From Candidatus Limnocylindria bacterium (GTDB lineage Bacteria; Chloroflexota; Limnocylindria; QHBO01), in contig JBHENJ010000044.1 in NCBI GenBank assembly GCA_046262115.1, forward strand, positions 1 to 59,384: a DNA stretch of 59,384 nucleotides, in the 5' to 3' direction. A program made the position numbers and the translations under genes. Position 1 is the stretch's first letter; each line of letters begins with the position of its first letter. Shown in pieces: positions 46,117-58,225 of the stretch. The notes beneath the pieces were generated by a model. The model did no database searches, was not told the origin of the DNA, and saw only the letters and a program-made list of their open reading frames with translations.

Positions 46117-47160
46117 TCACGACGTCGCGCCGTGGGTCGCCGTCCAGTCAAGCAGGTCGGTCGCGGTCCACGTGTTGACGACGCTCTCCGGCGCGACGCC
46201 GCACGCCGCCGCACGCTCGCAGCCGAACGGCTGCCACGCGAGCTGCCCAGGACTGTGAGCGTCGCTGTCGATGCTCACCCTGCAGCCGGCCTCGACGGCG
46301 AGACGCAGCAGGCGCTTGGGCGGGTCGAGCCGCTCGGGTCGCGAGTTGACCTCGACGGCCTTGTCGAAGCGCGCGCAGGCCGCGAAGACGAGATCCGCGT
46401 CGAACTCGGACTCCGGCCTGCCGCGCCTGGTGCGGAGTCGACCGGTGCAGTGGCCAAGGATGTCGCTGTGCGGGTTGGCCATCGCCGCGACCATTCGCTC
46501 GGTCATCGCCCGCCGCTCCATGCGAAGCTTGCCGTGCACGCTGGCGACGACGACGTCGAGGCGCGCGAGGAGTTCGTCGTCCTGGTCGAGCGTCCCGTCG
46601 TCGAGGATGTCGACCTCGATGCCGGTCAGGATCCGGAACGGCGCGAACTCGCGATTGAGCTCCGCGACGACGTCGAGCTGTCGCCGGAGACGCTCCTCGG
46701 AAAGGCCGTTGGCGACCGTCAGCCCGCGTGAGTGGTCGGTCAGGACGATGTATTCGTGGCCGAGCTCGATCGCGGCCTCGGCCATGACCCGTATCGGCTC
46801 GCCGCCGTCGGACCAGTCGGAGTGCGTGTGGCAGTCGCCACGCAGCGCGGCCACGAGCTCGGGGCCGAGCTCGCGAACCGGACGGCCGGCAGTCGCCTCC
46901 AGCCGCCGCAGGTAGACCGGTCGCACGCCGTCGAGCGCCTCGGCGATGACCCGCTCGGTCACGCTGCCGACGCCGGGCACGGTCGTGAGGCGGCCGCTCG
47001 CCGAGAGCTCACGGAGGTCGTCCTCGGCGACCGCCGCCACCGCGTCGGCGGCGCGACGGAATGCGCGGACGCGGAACCCCGGCTCCGCGGATCGCTCGAG
47101 CAGGTAGGCGATTCGCTTGAGCGCTGCAACCGGCTCGATCGGGTCGTCCGGGCTGGTCAA
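46117..47160 (-). CDS. PHP-domain protein with an N-terminal PolX-type HhH domain
   Basis: 'L..IA.LLE.....FRVRAFR.AA' and PGVG; PHP motifs HTHSDWSDG, TDHS, GIEVD, H and DSDAH. Confidence 0.88.
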   Translation of the reverse strand: MTSPDDPIEPVAALKRIAYLLERSAEPGFRVRAFRRAADAVAAVAEDDLRELSASGRLTTVPGVGSVTERVIAEALDGVRPVYLRRLEATAGRPVRELGPELVAALRGDCHTHSDWSDGGEPIRVMAEAAIELGHEYIVLTDHSRGLTVANGLSEERLRRQLDVVAELNREFAPFRILTGIEVDILDDGTLDQDDELLARLDVVVASVHGKLRMERRAMTERMVAAMANPHSDILGHCTGRLRTRRGRPESEFDADLVFAACARFDKAVEVNSRPERLDPPKRLLRLAVEAGCRVSIDSDAHSPGQLAWQPFGCERAAACGVAPESVVNTWTATDLLDWTATHGATS

Positions 47161-47189
47161 GAAACGTACCTCCGGGTAGCCTTCCGCCG

Positions 47190-48457
47190 ATGGTCCAGCG
47201 GAACCGCGTCGATCAGACGCCGAACATCTGGGCGACGGCGCAGCGGCAGGTCGATATGGCGGCCGATCGACTCGGGCTTGACGAGCCGATGCGGCGCGTC
47301 CTGCGGGTCCCCAAGCGCGAGCTCACCGTCCACTTTCCGGTCACGATGGACGACAAGACCGTCGAGACGTTCACCGGCTACCGCGTTCATCACAACCTCA
47401 ACCGCGGTCCGGCGACCGGCGGCGTGCGCTACCACGACCGGCTCTCGATCGACGAGGTCCGCGCTCTCGCGATGTGGATGACGTGGAAGTGCGCGATCGT
47501 CGACATCCCGTTCGGCGGGGCGATGGGCGGCGTCGTCGTCGACCCCAAGCGGCTGTCGCGGCACGAGCTGGAGGGACTCACCCGTCGCTTCGCCACCGAG
47601 ATCAGCCCACTCATCGGTCCCGACAGCGACATCCCGTCCCCCGACGTCAACACCAACGCGCAGACCATGGCCTGGATCATGGACACCTACTCGATGCATC
47701 GGGGCCACACCATCAGCGGGGTCGTCACCGGCAAGCCGACTGCCATCGGCGGCACCCGAGGTGCCAAGGAGGCGACCGCCCGCGGCGTCACCTACGCGCT
47801 CGACGCGGCCCTGCGCGCACTCGAGCAGCCTTCGCGTGAGGCGCGGGTCGCGATCCAGGGGTTCGGAGACGTCGGATCGGCCATCGCGAAGATCCTCAAC
47901 GCGGAGGGCATGCAGATCGTCGGGATCGGCGACGACCACGACGCCGTTCATGACCCCGTCGGGATCGACGTCGAGCGTGCGATCGTGTGGGCCGAGGACC
48001 ACGGCCGTCGGGTGCGCGGCCTGAAGGGTCCCGAGGCGATCGAGTTGGGCGACCTGGTCGCGCTCGATTGCGACATCCTCGTGATGGCGGGCCTGCAGAA
48101 CCAGCTCACGCGTCTCAACGCCGAGAACGTCCGAGCGCGGATCGTCGCCGAGGCGGCGAACGGACCGATCACCCCGGACGGCGATGCGATCCTGAACCGG
48201 CGCGGCACCTTCGTCATCCCGGACATCCTGTGCGCGACGGGCGGCGTGACGGTCAGCTATTTCGAATGGGTGCAGGACATCCAGTCCTTCTTCTGGTCCG
48301 ACGAGGAGATCAACGAGAACCTGCGCAGCGTGACGACCGGGGCGTTCCACGGCGTGCTTGGGATGAGCCGCTCGGAACGAGTCGACATGCGCAGCGCCGC
48401 GTACATGGTCGCGGTCGACCGCGTGGCGCGCGCGACGAACCTCCGCGGCCTCTACCC

Positions 48458-48461
<4 letters not shown>
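47190..48461 (+). CDS. Glutamate dehydrogenase paralog with a degenerate active site (probable pseudo-enzyme/regulatory subunit)
   Basis: Collinear with 24252-25520, but GPATGG and GGAMGG replace GPAKGG and GGGKGG. Confidence 0.88.
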
Positions 48462-50209
<1,748 letters not shown>

Positions 50210-50219
50210 CGCCGGTCGG

Positions 50220-51770
50220 TCAGCCCTCGCTGCGCTCGATGCGCGCCGGCGCGGGCGTCACCTCGCCCTGGTCGGCGCCGGCCGCCGCGACGTCCGTCGG
50301 CGTGGCATCGGTCGCCGTCGCACCGCGAAGATCGCTCGTCGACCCGTCGCCGGAGTCGCCGTCGCGTGCGGACAGGCCGGCGCGCGAAGCGGGCGCCGGC
50401 CCGACCGGGACGGCCGCCGTCCGCCTCGCCGTCGGTGCGAGCGCCGGCGCAGGCCTGATGCCGCCACGGCGCGTCCGCGACGGTGCGTGGTCCGCGGTGC
50501 GCGGCGATCCGGCGCCACGACCCTGAGAGCGCCCCGGAGCGCCGGCTGGAGCGAGTCCCGTGGGCGCGGTGACGAGGATGGCGAGCGGGCCATCGGCCTG
50601 GCGACGGCGCGCCTCGTAGAGCAGGAAGCCGCCGAGCCCGAGGATCCAGAGCAGGAGATACGCGAACAGGAACACGACCGGGTTGAGGCCCGCCACCGTG
50701 AGAACGGCGGCGACCACGACCGCACCCGCGGCGTAAGCAAGCCACGGCGATACGCGCACGAACCGTGTCACCAGGTCGCCGAGCCCGGCCGCGATGTAGA
50801 CCTGGGCGACCAGCGCGAGGGCGACGATCAGCAGCGCACCGATGAGCGCGATGAAGAGCAACGCTCCGCCCAGCGGCCCGGCGACCTGGGCGACGACCAC
50901 GGACAGGAGCACGAGCACAATCACGAGCAGGAACTGCCCGATCCAGCCGGCGAGTCCGGCGCCGAGCGCGAGCAGCGGGCGCGTCCGAAGCTCACGCCCG
51001 ATCCCGACGATCGATGCGGGGCGCAGTAACAGCATCAGCCAGCCCAGCAGGAGCAGTCCCGCCGTCAGACCGGCGAACGTGACCAGCGGGTGCTCGGGGA
51101 GGATCGAGCCCGGTCCAGTCGCTCGTGCCGGCTGCGTCCGTTGAAGGACGCCGCCGATGGCGGCGCCGCTGTCGACGTCAGCCTCGTGGGCCGACGTATA
51201 GCGGACGTCGCCGCTGACGCGCGCGGTCGGGCCGAGCGTGAGGTTCTCCAGGTTGCTCTCGACGTCGCCGCGCACGGTTCCGTTGATGCGGAGGTCTCGG
51301 GCATCCGCAATGAAATCTCCGGCGACCGTCCCGTTGATGTCGGCGGTTCCGAGGCCGCCGGCGACGTCTCCGCCCACGCGCGCCTCATCGTCGATCGTGA
51401 GCGTCCCGGCCGAGGCGACCAGGTCGCCGGCGATGTCGCCCGAGACGGTCACGTCGCCGGCGGCTGCACGCACCGAGCCACCGGCGGTCCCGCCGAGGCT
51501 GACGCTCGCGCCGGCCGCATCGATCGAGCCGGTGACCTCGCCGTTGAGCTCGATGGTGAAGGCCGATGCGACGAGGTCGCCCTCGACCGTGCCGTTGACC
51601 ACCACCGAGCGCCCGAAGGCGAACAGGTCGCCGTGGATGGTCTCGTTGGCGTCGATGCGGACCGCGTCGCCGCCCTCGAAGTCGGCGGCAACCGCCGTCG
51701 AGGCCGCGAGTGGCAAGAGGCAGGCCGCGAGCGCCGCGGCGCGACTGGTTGCGAGCGCGAGCCGGCGCAT
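50220..51770 (-). CDS. Membrane protein with bactofilin-like beta-helix repeats
   Basis: Signal peptide, repeated 'V.GD..A.G..V.I.G.V.G', several TM helices and a low-complexity tail; GGAGG RBS. Confidence 0.8.
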   Translation of the reverse strand: MRRLALATSRAAALAACLLPLAASTAVAADFEGGDAVRIDANETIHGDLFAFGRSVVVNGTVEGDLVASAFTIELNGEVTGSIDAAGASVSLGGTAGGSVRAAAGDVTVSGDIAGDLVASAGTLTIDDEARVGGDVAGGLGTADINGTVAGDFIADARDLRINGTVRGDVESNLENLTLGPTARVSGDVRYTSAHEADVDSGAAIGGVLQRTQPARATGPGSILPEHPLVTFAGLTAGLLLLGWLMLLLRPASIVGIGRELRTRPLLALGAGLAGWIGQFLLVIVLVLLSVVVAQVAGPLGGALLFIALIGALLIVALALVAQVYIAAGLGDLVTRFVRVSPWLAYAAGAVVVAAVLTVAGLNPVVFLFAYLLLWILGLGGFLLYEARRRQADGPLAILVTAPTGLAPAGAPGRSQGRGAGSPRTADHAPSRTRRGGIRPAPALAPTARRTAAVPVGPAPASRAGLSARDGDSGDGSTSDLRGATATDATPTDVAAAGADQGEVTPAPARIERSEG

Positions 51771-51884
51771 GTGGTCCTCCTGCCGAGCGGGACAGCCGTT
51801 CTCCGGCGGCTGCGTCGGACGCCATGATACGGGTCTGCACCGCAAATTCGGGAGGGGATAGTTGGCCCAAGCGGGGCCGCGACC

Positions 51885-52760
51885 GTGAGGCTTCACCTCG
51901 TCGACGGGACGTTCGAGCTGTTCCGCGCGTACTTCGGGCGACCGATGCAGCGCGCGCCCGACGGCCGCGCGATCAACGCCGTGCAGGGGCTGCTCGACAG
52001 CACGCTCTCCCTGATGCGCGAGCCCGACGTGACGCATGTCGGCGTTGCGACCGACTACGTGATCGAGTCGTTCCGGAACGACCTCTACCCGGGATACAAG
52101 ACCTCCGCCGGCGTACCGGCGGATCTGCTCGCGCAATTCCGCCTCGCCGAGCGCGGGCTCGAAGCCATCGGCGTGACCGTGTGGCCGATGGTGGAAGACG
52201 AGGCGGACGACGCGATCGCCACCGCCACCGCGCGATGGGGCGATGATCCTCGCGTCGAGCAGGTGGTGATCTGCACGCCGGACAAGGATCTCGCGCAGTG
52301 CGTCCGGGACGGGCGCGTCGTCATGCGCGACCGGATGCGTCGCAGCACGCTCGACGAGGAGGGGGTGATCGCCAAGTTCGGCGTGCCGCCGGCGTCGATC
52401 CCGGACTACCTCGCGCTCGTCGGCGACAGCTCGGACGGATACCCGGGGCTGCCGGGCTGGGGTGCGCGCTCCACTGCCGCCGTGCTTCGTGTGTTCGGCG
52501 GCATCGACGCCATCCCGGACAGCGTGGCGGAGTGGCCGGCGGGGATCCGGGGCGCGGCGCAGCTCGCCGCCGTGCTGCGCGACCGACGCCCGGAGGCACT
52601 TCTCTATCGGGAGCTCGCCCGGCTGCGGACCGACTCGCCGATCGACGGCTCGCTCGACGATCTCGAGTGGCACGGCGTCCCGCGCGCCGCCTTCCTCGCG
52701 TTGTGTGACGAGCTCGGACTCACCGCGGTGCGCGGCCGTCCGCACCGCTGGCGGTCGTGA
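51885..52760 (+). CDS. Stand-alone 5'-3' exonuclease/flap endonuclease
   Basis: LVDG, FRN..Y.GYK, EADD, DKD..Q and L.GDSSD..PG..G.G motifs. Confidence 0.92.
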   Translation: MRLHLVDGTFELFRAYFGRPMQRAPDGRAINAVQGLLDSTLSLMREPDVTHVGVATDYVIESFRNDLYPGYKTSAGVPADLLAQFRLAERGLEAIGVTVWPMVEDEADDAIATATARWGDDPRVEQVVICTPDKDLAQCVRDGRVVMRDRMRRSTLDEEGVIAKFGVPPASIPDYLALVGDSSDGYPGLPGWGARSTAAVLRVFGGIDAIPDSVAEWPAGIRGAAQLAAVLRDRRPEALLYRELARLRTDSPIDGSLDDLEWHGVPRAAFLALCDELGLTAVRGRPHRWRS

Positions 52761-52766
52761 GACGCC

Positions 52767-53717
52767 TCAGTCGAGGAGGCCGGCCTCCGACGCGCGCCGG
52801 ACGATGAGCTCGGCCGCGGCCGCGTCCTGCGCCGCCAATCCGACGCTCTTGAAGACCGTCACGGCGGACCGTTCGCGCGCGCCAGCGTCGAGCGAACCGA
52901 TCTCGACCAGCCGCGACGCGTCGATCGCTCCGGCGTCGATTGCCGCCAGGACGTCGCCGGCCTCGGCCAGCGCAGCCTCGCGGCTGTCGACCGTTACGAG
53001 CGAGGCGCGGGCGAAGAGCCCGACGGGCAACTCGACCATTCCGGGCCGAAACGCGCCGATGCCGTTCACATGCGCACCGGGTTCCACCCACGCCGCGTCG
53101 AGCACCGGCACGCTCGACGTGGTCGCGCAGCACACCACGTCCGCGCCGCGGACCGCGCGCTCCGCCGATGCCGCCGCGCCGACGACGACGACGGGCGCGA
53201 GCATGTCACCGAGTCGCGTGGCCAGCTCGTCGCGGCGCGCCGACGGCGCCCAGACGCGCACCTCCCTGATCTCACGCACGGCGCATACCGCGCGCACCTG
53301 CCACTCCGCCTGGCCGCCCGCGCCGATCATCGCGAGGACGCGCGAGTCGTCTCTGCTCAGGAGTCGCGTCGCGGCGCCGGTGCCTGCGCCGGTGCGGAGG
53401 AGGGTCAGCGCATTGCCGTCCAGCAGCGCCCTGGGCGTCCCGGTATCGGCGTCGACCCACACCACCAGGGCCTGCACGGTGGGGAGGCCGAGCTCGCGGT
53501 TGCCCGCGACGATCGAGACGACCTTCACCGAGACCCCCGACGCCCCCTCGCGGACCCCCGGCATGATCAGGAGGTCGCCCCCGGAAAGCGCGATGCCCGC
53601 CCGGAGCGGCGATCGGTCCCGCCCGTTCGCGACGTCGCGGTAGGCGCTATCCACGACGTCGACGAGCTCGGCGAGCGGCGCCAGCGACTCGATCGTGGTG
53701 GCGTCGAGGTAGCGCAT
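52767..53717 (-). CDS. Ornithine cyclodeaminase/mu-crystallin family protein
   Basis: VK.VS....N, T..RTGA, GAG.QA, AT.S..P and FKSVG.A.QD motifs. Confidence 0.92.
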   Translation of the reverse strand: MRYLDATTIESLAPLAELVDVVDSAYRDVANGRDRSPLRAGIALSGGDLLIMPGVREGASGVSVKVVSIVAGNRELGLPTVQALVVWVDADTGTPRALLDGNALTLLRTGAGTGAATRLLSRDDSRVLAMIGAGGQAEWQVRAVCAVREIREVRVWAPSARRDELATRLGDMLAPVVVVGAAASAERAVRGADVVCCATTSSVPVLDAAWVEPGAHVNGIGAFRPGMVELPVGLFARASLVTVDSREAALAEAGDVLAAIDAGAIDASRLVEIGSLDAGARERSAVTVFKSVGLAAQDAAAAELIVRRASEAGLLD

Positions 53718-53732
53718 CGGTCGAGTCTATGG

Positions 53733-53749
53733 CGGCACGCGGCTTGCGT
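53733..53749 (+). promoter_or_regulatory. Candidate sigma-54 -24/-12 promoter
   Basis: CGGCACGCGGCTTGCGT (GG-N10-GC), upstream of the gene starting at 53805. Confidence 0.6.
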
Positions 53750-53804
53750 GATGGCAGCCGACGAACGTCAAACGTGGCGCCCGCCACCGCAAGGAGACAG
53801 GCGA

Positions 53805-54149
53805 ATGCTCGGAAGGATCGGCGACGAGATCGGCGATCTCGTTGCTCTGATACGCAACCTCATCCTGCTCACCGCGACTGCCGCAGTCTACAAGGAGCTG
53901 CGCACGCCGCCGGCGCAGCGCACGTGGAACGGTCGGCTCTTCGGGGTGGTCCCGTACGACTTCCGGCTCCCGAGCGTCGATCGGCTCCGCGAGGCGTACT
54001 GGAATACCGAGAGCGACACGGTGCTCACCGATCGGCCGCTCGGCGTCGGTTGGGCGGTCAACGTTCCGCCGCTCCTCCGGCGCATCGGCCTGATGAGCGA
54101 GCGGCGGCCGGCGGCCCGCAGCGCGCCCGGCGGCACGCCCACCGTCTGA
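53805..54149 (+). CDS. Small protein, DUF5808-like
   Basis: AAGGAG RBS; 'VPYDFR.P...R....WN......P.GVGW.VN'. Confidence 0.65.
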   Translation: MLGRIGDEIGDLVALIRNLILLTATAAVYKELRTPPAQRTWNGRLFGVVPYDFRLPSVDRLREAYWNTESDTVLTDRPLGVGWAVNVPPLLRRIGLMSERRPAARSAPGGTPTV

Positions 54150-54199
54150 CTCGCCGCCGCCGGAGCGACCGGCGGTTCTGCGTTACGATCGGACGGCCG

Positions 54200-54652
54200 A
54201 TGTCGCTCTTCCCCGTCCTGCTGGTGGTGCACGTCGCGCTCGCCGTCGCGCTCTTCCTGCCGAGCCTGATCCTGCCGTTCGTGCTAGGCGCGGGTCATCC
54301 TCGAGGCGACGCGGAACGGTGGCCGGTTCGGTCGTTGCTCGCGATGCAGGGCACCGGCGCGGTCGTCATCGGCGCGGGGCTCGCGGCGACCGGGAGCGGC
54401 CTTGTTCTCGTGCTGGGGCCGGCGCTCATCGGCCGCCCCTGGCTCGTAGCCGCGCTCGCCATCTATGCCGTGAACCTGCTGATCGCCGCCTTCATCTCGC
54501 GTCCCAGCCTGCGGCGGCTCGCCCGCCTGCCCGCGGGGCGCGACGAGGAGTGGCGACACCTGGCGCGCCGTCAGCGGTGGATCGCGTACGGAATGGCTGG
54601 GGCCACCGGCGTAATCGGCCTGCTCATGACGGCCAAGCCGCGGCTCTGGTGA
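54200..54652 (+). CDS. 4-TM membrane protein, DUF2269-like
   Basis: HV in TM1, TG in TM2, PWL, and a C-terminal 'LM..KP.LW'. Confidence 0.7.
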   Translation: MSLFPVLLVVHVALAVALFLPSLILPFVLGAGHPRGDAERWPVRSLLAMQGTGAVVIGAGLAATGSGLVLVLGPALIGRPWLVAALAIYAVNLLIAAFISRPSLRRLARLPAGRDEEWRHLARRQRWIAYGMAGATGVIGLLMTAKPRLW

Positions 54653-54656
54653 CCCG

Positions 54657-55931
54657 GTGACACTCCAGCTCCACGACGCCCTTCGCGGCGAGGTGACGAC
54701 CTTCGCTCCGATCGGCGGAGGACCCGTCGGCGTGTACGTCTGCGGCATCACGCCCTACGACACCGGCCACCTCGGGCATGCGTTCACGTACGTCCATTTC
54801 GACGTCCTGAACCGCTACCTGCGCCATCTCGGGTACGAGGTTCGGTACGTCCAGAATCTGACCGATGTCGACGACGACATGCTGCGCAAGGCACGCGAGG
54901 TCGGCGAGGACTACCGGGCCCTGGGCAATCGCAACGTCGCATCCTTCTTGGGCGAGATGGACGCGCTCAACTGGCTCCGTCCCGACGTCTATCCGCGCGC
55001 CACCGAGCACATCGAGCCGATGCAGCGCCTGATCGCGAAGCTCCTCGAGCGCGGTCACGCCTACCTCGGCGCGGGAAGCGTCTTCTACGACGTCGCGAGC
55101 TTTCCTGACTACGGCGCCCTCTCGCGCATCCCGCGCGACGAGATGCTTCCGATCGCTAACGAGCGCGGCAACGTCCCGGACGCTCCCGGAAAACGCGACC
55201 CGCTCGACTTCGTACTCTGGCAGCCGTCGGCGCCCGATGAGCCATCGTGGGACTCGCCATGGGGTCGCGGCCGTCCCGGGTGGCACATCGAGTGCTCGGC
55301 GATGGCGATGGAGTACCTCGGGGAGCGATTCGAGATTCACGGCGGAGGCTCGGACCTGGTCTTTCCGCACCATGAATCCGAGATCGCGCAGGCCGAGGGC
55401 GCAACCGGGGTGCGTCCGTTCGTCGAACACTGGATGCACACCGGCATGGTCCGCCACGAGGGCGACAAGATGAGCAAGTCGCTCGGAAATCTCGTCCTGG
55501 TGCGCGACCTGCTTCCGGACTATTCCGCGGAGGCCATCCGCCACTACCTGCTGTCGCACCACTTCGCATCGGCGTGCACCTTCGACGAGTTACGGCTCGC
55601 CGAATCGGCCAGGGCGGTGGACGCGCTACGCCACGCGGTGAGCGTCGCCGCGGCGGCGGAGGAGGGCATGCCGCCCACACCGGTCGCGGAGCTGCGCGAG
55701 GAGTTCGGCGCGGCGATGGACCGCAACCTCGACACGCCGGCCGCGCTGACGGTTCTGGCGAGCCTCGCCGGCTGCGCGACCGATCCGGGGTGTCCCGACG
55801 ACGTGCGCGCCCACGCCGCGGCAGCCGTCCACGAGTTGGGCGAGTCGGTGCTCGGCCTGCGCCTCGGCGGCGGCGCCGAGGTCCATCGAGACGAAAACAA
55901 GCCGAAGGCAGCTCGCGCGCACACCGGCTGA
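54657..55931 (+). CDS. Cysteine ligase of the CysRS family, MshC-like
   Basis: CGITPYD..HLGH, QN.TDVDD, GRPGWHIECS, GGG.DL.FPHH and KMSKSLGN motifs; short C-terminus. Confidence 0.8.
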   Translation: MTLQLHDALRGEVTTFAPIGGGPVGVYVCGITPYDTGHLGHAFTYVHFDVLNRYLRHLGYEVRYVQNLTDVDDDMLRKAREVGEDYRALGNRNVASFLGEMDALNWLRPDVYPRATEHIEPMQRLIAKLLERGHAYLGAGSVFYDVASFPDYGALSRIPRDEMLPIANERGNVPDAPGKRDPLDFVLWQPSAPDEPSWDSPWGRGRPGWHIECSAMAMEYLGERFEIHGGGSDLVFPHHESEIAQAEGATGVRPFVEHWMHTGMVRHEGDKMSKSLGNLVLVRDLLPDYSAEAIRHYLLSHHFASACTFDELRLAESARAVDALRHAVSVAAAAEEGMPPTPVAELREEFGAAMDRNLDTPAALTVLASLAGCATDPGCPDDVRAHAAAAVHELGESVLGLRLGGGAEVHRDENKPKAARAHTG

Positions 55932-56458
55932 TGAAGTCCGGTGACGATCGCCCCGTCAGCGTCCGTCTGGGCCAGGTCGTTCCGCCGGATGATCCCGAGG
56001 ACTGGCGGCGGCCCCTGACATGGGTGGCCGCGCTCGGCATGCTGGCGGCACCGCTCCTCGCGCTCGCCTGGTTCGGGCTCTGGCCGCCCGAGAGTGCGGT
56101 GCGCACGCCCGCGACCTGGCTCGTCGCCGTCGTCCTTGTCGCGGGCGCCACGGCGGCGGGCGTCACCCAGCCAGGAACGTGGCGCGCGACTGGGGCGACC
56201 TTTGGAGCGGCGCTCTTCGGGGCGGTGGCGACCGTCGCCGTCGGATCGACGCTGACGCCCGGCGCCGGCGCGGCCGCTTATGCGCTCACGCACGCTGCGG
56301 GCGCGTCCGCTGCCGGACTCGTCGGCGCCGCGGCCGCGACACCGCTCGTCGGGATGGCCGCCGTTCGGCGCGCGCGGCTGGCGCTCACGCTCGCCGCTTC
56401 CGCGATCGGTGCGGTGACGGCGGTCGTCGTCGTCGACCTCGTCATGTCCGCCGGATGA
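55931..56458 (+). CDS. Hypothetical membrane protein
   Basis: TGATG coupling to the upstream ligase; 'GQVVPPDDPEDWRRPLTW' followed by about 5 TM helices. Confidence 0.7.
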   Translation: MKSGDDRPVSVRLGQVVPPDDPEDWRRPLTWVAALGMLAAPLLALAWFGLWPPESAVRTPATWLVAVVLVAGATAAGVTQPGTWRATGATFGAALFGAVATVAVGSTLTPGAGAAAYALTHAAGASAAGLVGAAAATPLVGMAAVRRARLALTLAASAIGAVTAVVVVDLVMSAG

Positions 56459-56486
56459 GCGGCTCGGTCGGTCGCGGTGCAAACTC

Positions 56487-57032
56487 CTAGGCTGGCGTTT
56501 TGCGCGACAGCCGCTGTGCCAACCCGCCGGCCACGAGCGCGGCGCCCAGCGCGAAGATCGCGAGTGCGCCAACGACCCGGAACGTCTGGCCGCCGAACGC
56601 CTCGGCGAAGACGAGGAACGCGATCACACCGCCGGCGGCGATCCCCGACCCGATCCATTTGAAGGCGGGCGCGTCGGCGATCCACCCGGCGAGGTACAGG
56701 CCGGCGCCGATGCCGAACGGCAGCACCGTCCAGAGGTAGCGCCAGTCCGCCCATCGGTCGCCGACGCTCGTGTACAGCAGGACGCCGCCCACGGCGGCGA
56801 GCACGGCGCCGGGGACGACCATCCCGGCGCGCACCCGGCGGTCCTGCCGACCGAAGAACGCCGGCACGATGAAGAAGGCCGAAAGGCCGAGCACCAGGAC
56901 GGGCCAGTAGCGCCACAGCTCCGCGCTGATGCCGAGGGTCTGGAGCCACCGGCTCAGCGGGTCCGCGGCGAGGACCAGGACGCCCATGACCAGCAGCATG
57001 ATCCCGACGAGCAGCTCGACCGAGCGGCTCAC
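56487..57032 (-). CDS. Membrane protein, LiaF/DUF5668-like TM domain
   Basis: 'G..L...G..L....W.YWP..L' pattern; GTGA overlap with the acyl-CoA dehydrogenase stop. Confidence 0.65.
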   Translation of the reverse strand: MSRSVELLVGIMLLVMGVLVLAADPLSRWLQTLGISAELWRYWPVLVLGLSAFFIVPAFFGRQDRRVRAGMVVPGAVLAAVGGVLLYTSVGDRWADWRYLWTVLPFGIGAGLYLAGWIADAPAFKWIGSGIAAGGVIAFLVFAEAFGGQTFRVVGALAIFALGAALVAGGLAQRLSRKTPA

Positions 57033-58225
57033 GCCTCGCCCTCCCATGCCGGCTGCGGCATGCGCAGCTCGCGGTCGCGGCGGTACCCGAGCAGGTAGTC
57101 TGCCTGCATCAGGGTGTGGATCTGACTCGTGCCCTCGTAGATCACCGACCCCTTCGCGTTGCGCAGGTAGCGCTCGACCGGGTACTCGTTGCTGTACCCG
57201 TAGGCGCCGTGGACCTGGATCGCATCCAGCGCGGATGCGACCGCGTGATCGGTGCAGAACCACTTGGCCATGCTCGTCTCGCGCGTGTTGCGCACGCCGC
57301 GGTTCTTGAGCCAGCCGGCCTTCCAGACGAGGAGCCGGCCTGCCTCGATCCCCTGCTCCATGCGCGCCAGCATCTGCTTGACCAGCTGGTGACGCCCGAT
57401 CTCGTCGCCGAAGGCCTTGCGTTCGTGCGCATACCGGACCGATGCCTCCCGGCATGCGACGGCCAGCCCGACGCTGCCCGCGGCGACGGTGTAGCGGCCC
57501 TGGTCGATCGCGCTCATGGCGATCGTGAACCCCTCGCCCTCCTCACCGACACGGTTCTCGACCGGAACCTCGCAGTCGCTGAAGTAGAGGATCCCCGTGT
57601 TCCCGGCACGGACGCCGAGCTTGCCGTGCAGCGACTCGCTGCTGAACCCAGGGAAGCCGCGCTCGACGATGAAGGCAGTGATCCCGCGGTGTCCCTTCGA
57701 TCGGTCCACGGTCGCGAACGTGAGGACGTGATCGGCCGTGTCGCCAAGGCTGATCCAGACCTTCGAGCCGTTGAGGGTGTACCGATCGCCATCGCGTCGT
57801 GCCGTGGTCGACAGGTTGGCGGCGTCCGACCCGACGCCCGGCTCGGTGAGCCCGAACGTCGCGAGCTTCTCGCCACGCGCCTGGGGGACCAGGTAGCGCT
57901 GCTTCTGCTCCTCGCTCCCCCACTGGAGGAGCGTTAGCGAGTTCAGCCCGGTGTGGACCGAGAGGATGACCCGGAACGCCGTGTCGGCGCGCTCCATCTC
58001 CTCGCACAGCAGCGCGAAAGCGATGTAGTCGAGCCCGGCGCCGCCGTACCGCTCGGGGATCGGCAGCCCGAGCAGGCCGGCCGTGCCCATCCGCTCGTAG
58101 ATCCCGCGGTCGTAGGTCGCGGACTCGTCGAGCTCGCGGATCCGGGGGAGGATCTCGCGCTGCGCGAACGTCCGGGCTGCGCGCTGTGTGTCACGCTGCT
58201 CGTCGGTGAGGGACAGGTCGACCAT
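57029..58225 (-). CDS. Acyl-CoA dehydrogenase
   Basis: FGLTEP..GSD, GSK.WIS, KLG.RA, GAYGY..EYPVER and YEGT..IH motifs. Confidence 0.93.
   Translation of the reverse strand: MVDLSLTDEQRDTQRAARTFAQREILPRIRELDESATYDRGIYERMGTAGLLGLPIPERYGGAGLDYIAFALLCEEMERADTAFRVILSVHTGLNSLTLLQWGSEEQKQRYLVPQARGEKLATFGLTEPGVGSDAANLSTTARRDGDRYTLNGSKVWISLGDTADHVLTFATVDRSKGHRGITAFIVERGFPGFSSESLHGKLGVRAGNTGILYFSDCEVPVENRVGEEGEGFTIAMSAIDQGRYTVAAGSVGLAVACREASVRYAHERKAFGDEIGRHQLVKQMLARMEQGIEAGRLLVWKAGWLKNRGVRNTRETSMAKWFCTDHAVASALDAIQVHGAYGYSNEYPVERYLRNAKGSVIYEGTSQIHTLMQADYLLGYRRDRELRMPQPAWEGEA

Noticed and set aside
50220-52745. 841-aa ORF as a single fusion protein
   Set aside because: The first ~325 aa are antisense to the flap endonuclease. 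The likely start is ATG 51770, with an RBS and a signal peptide.
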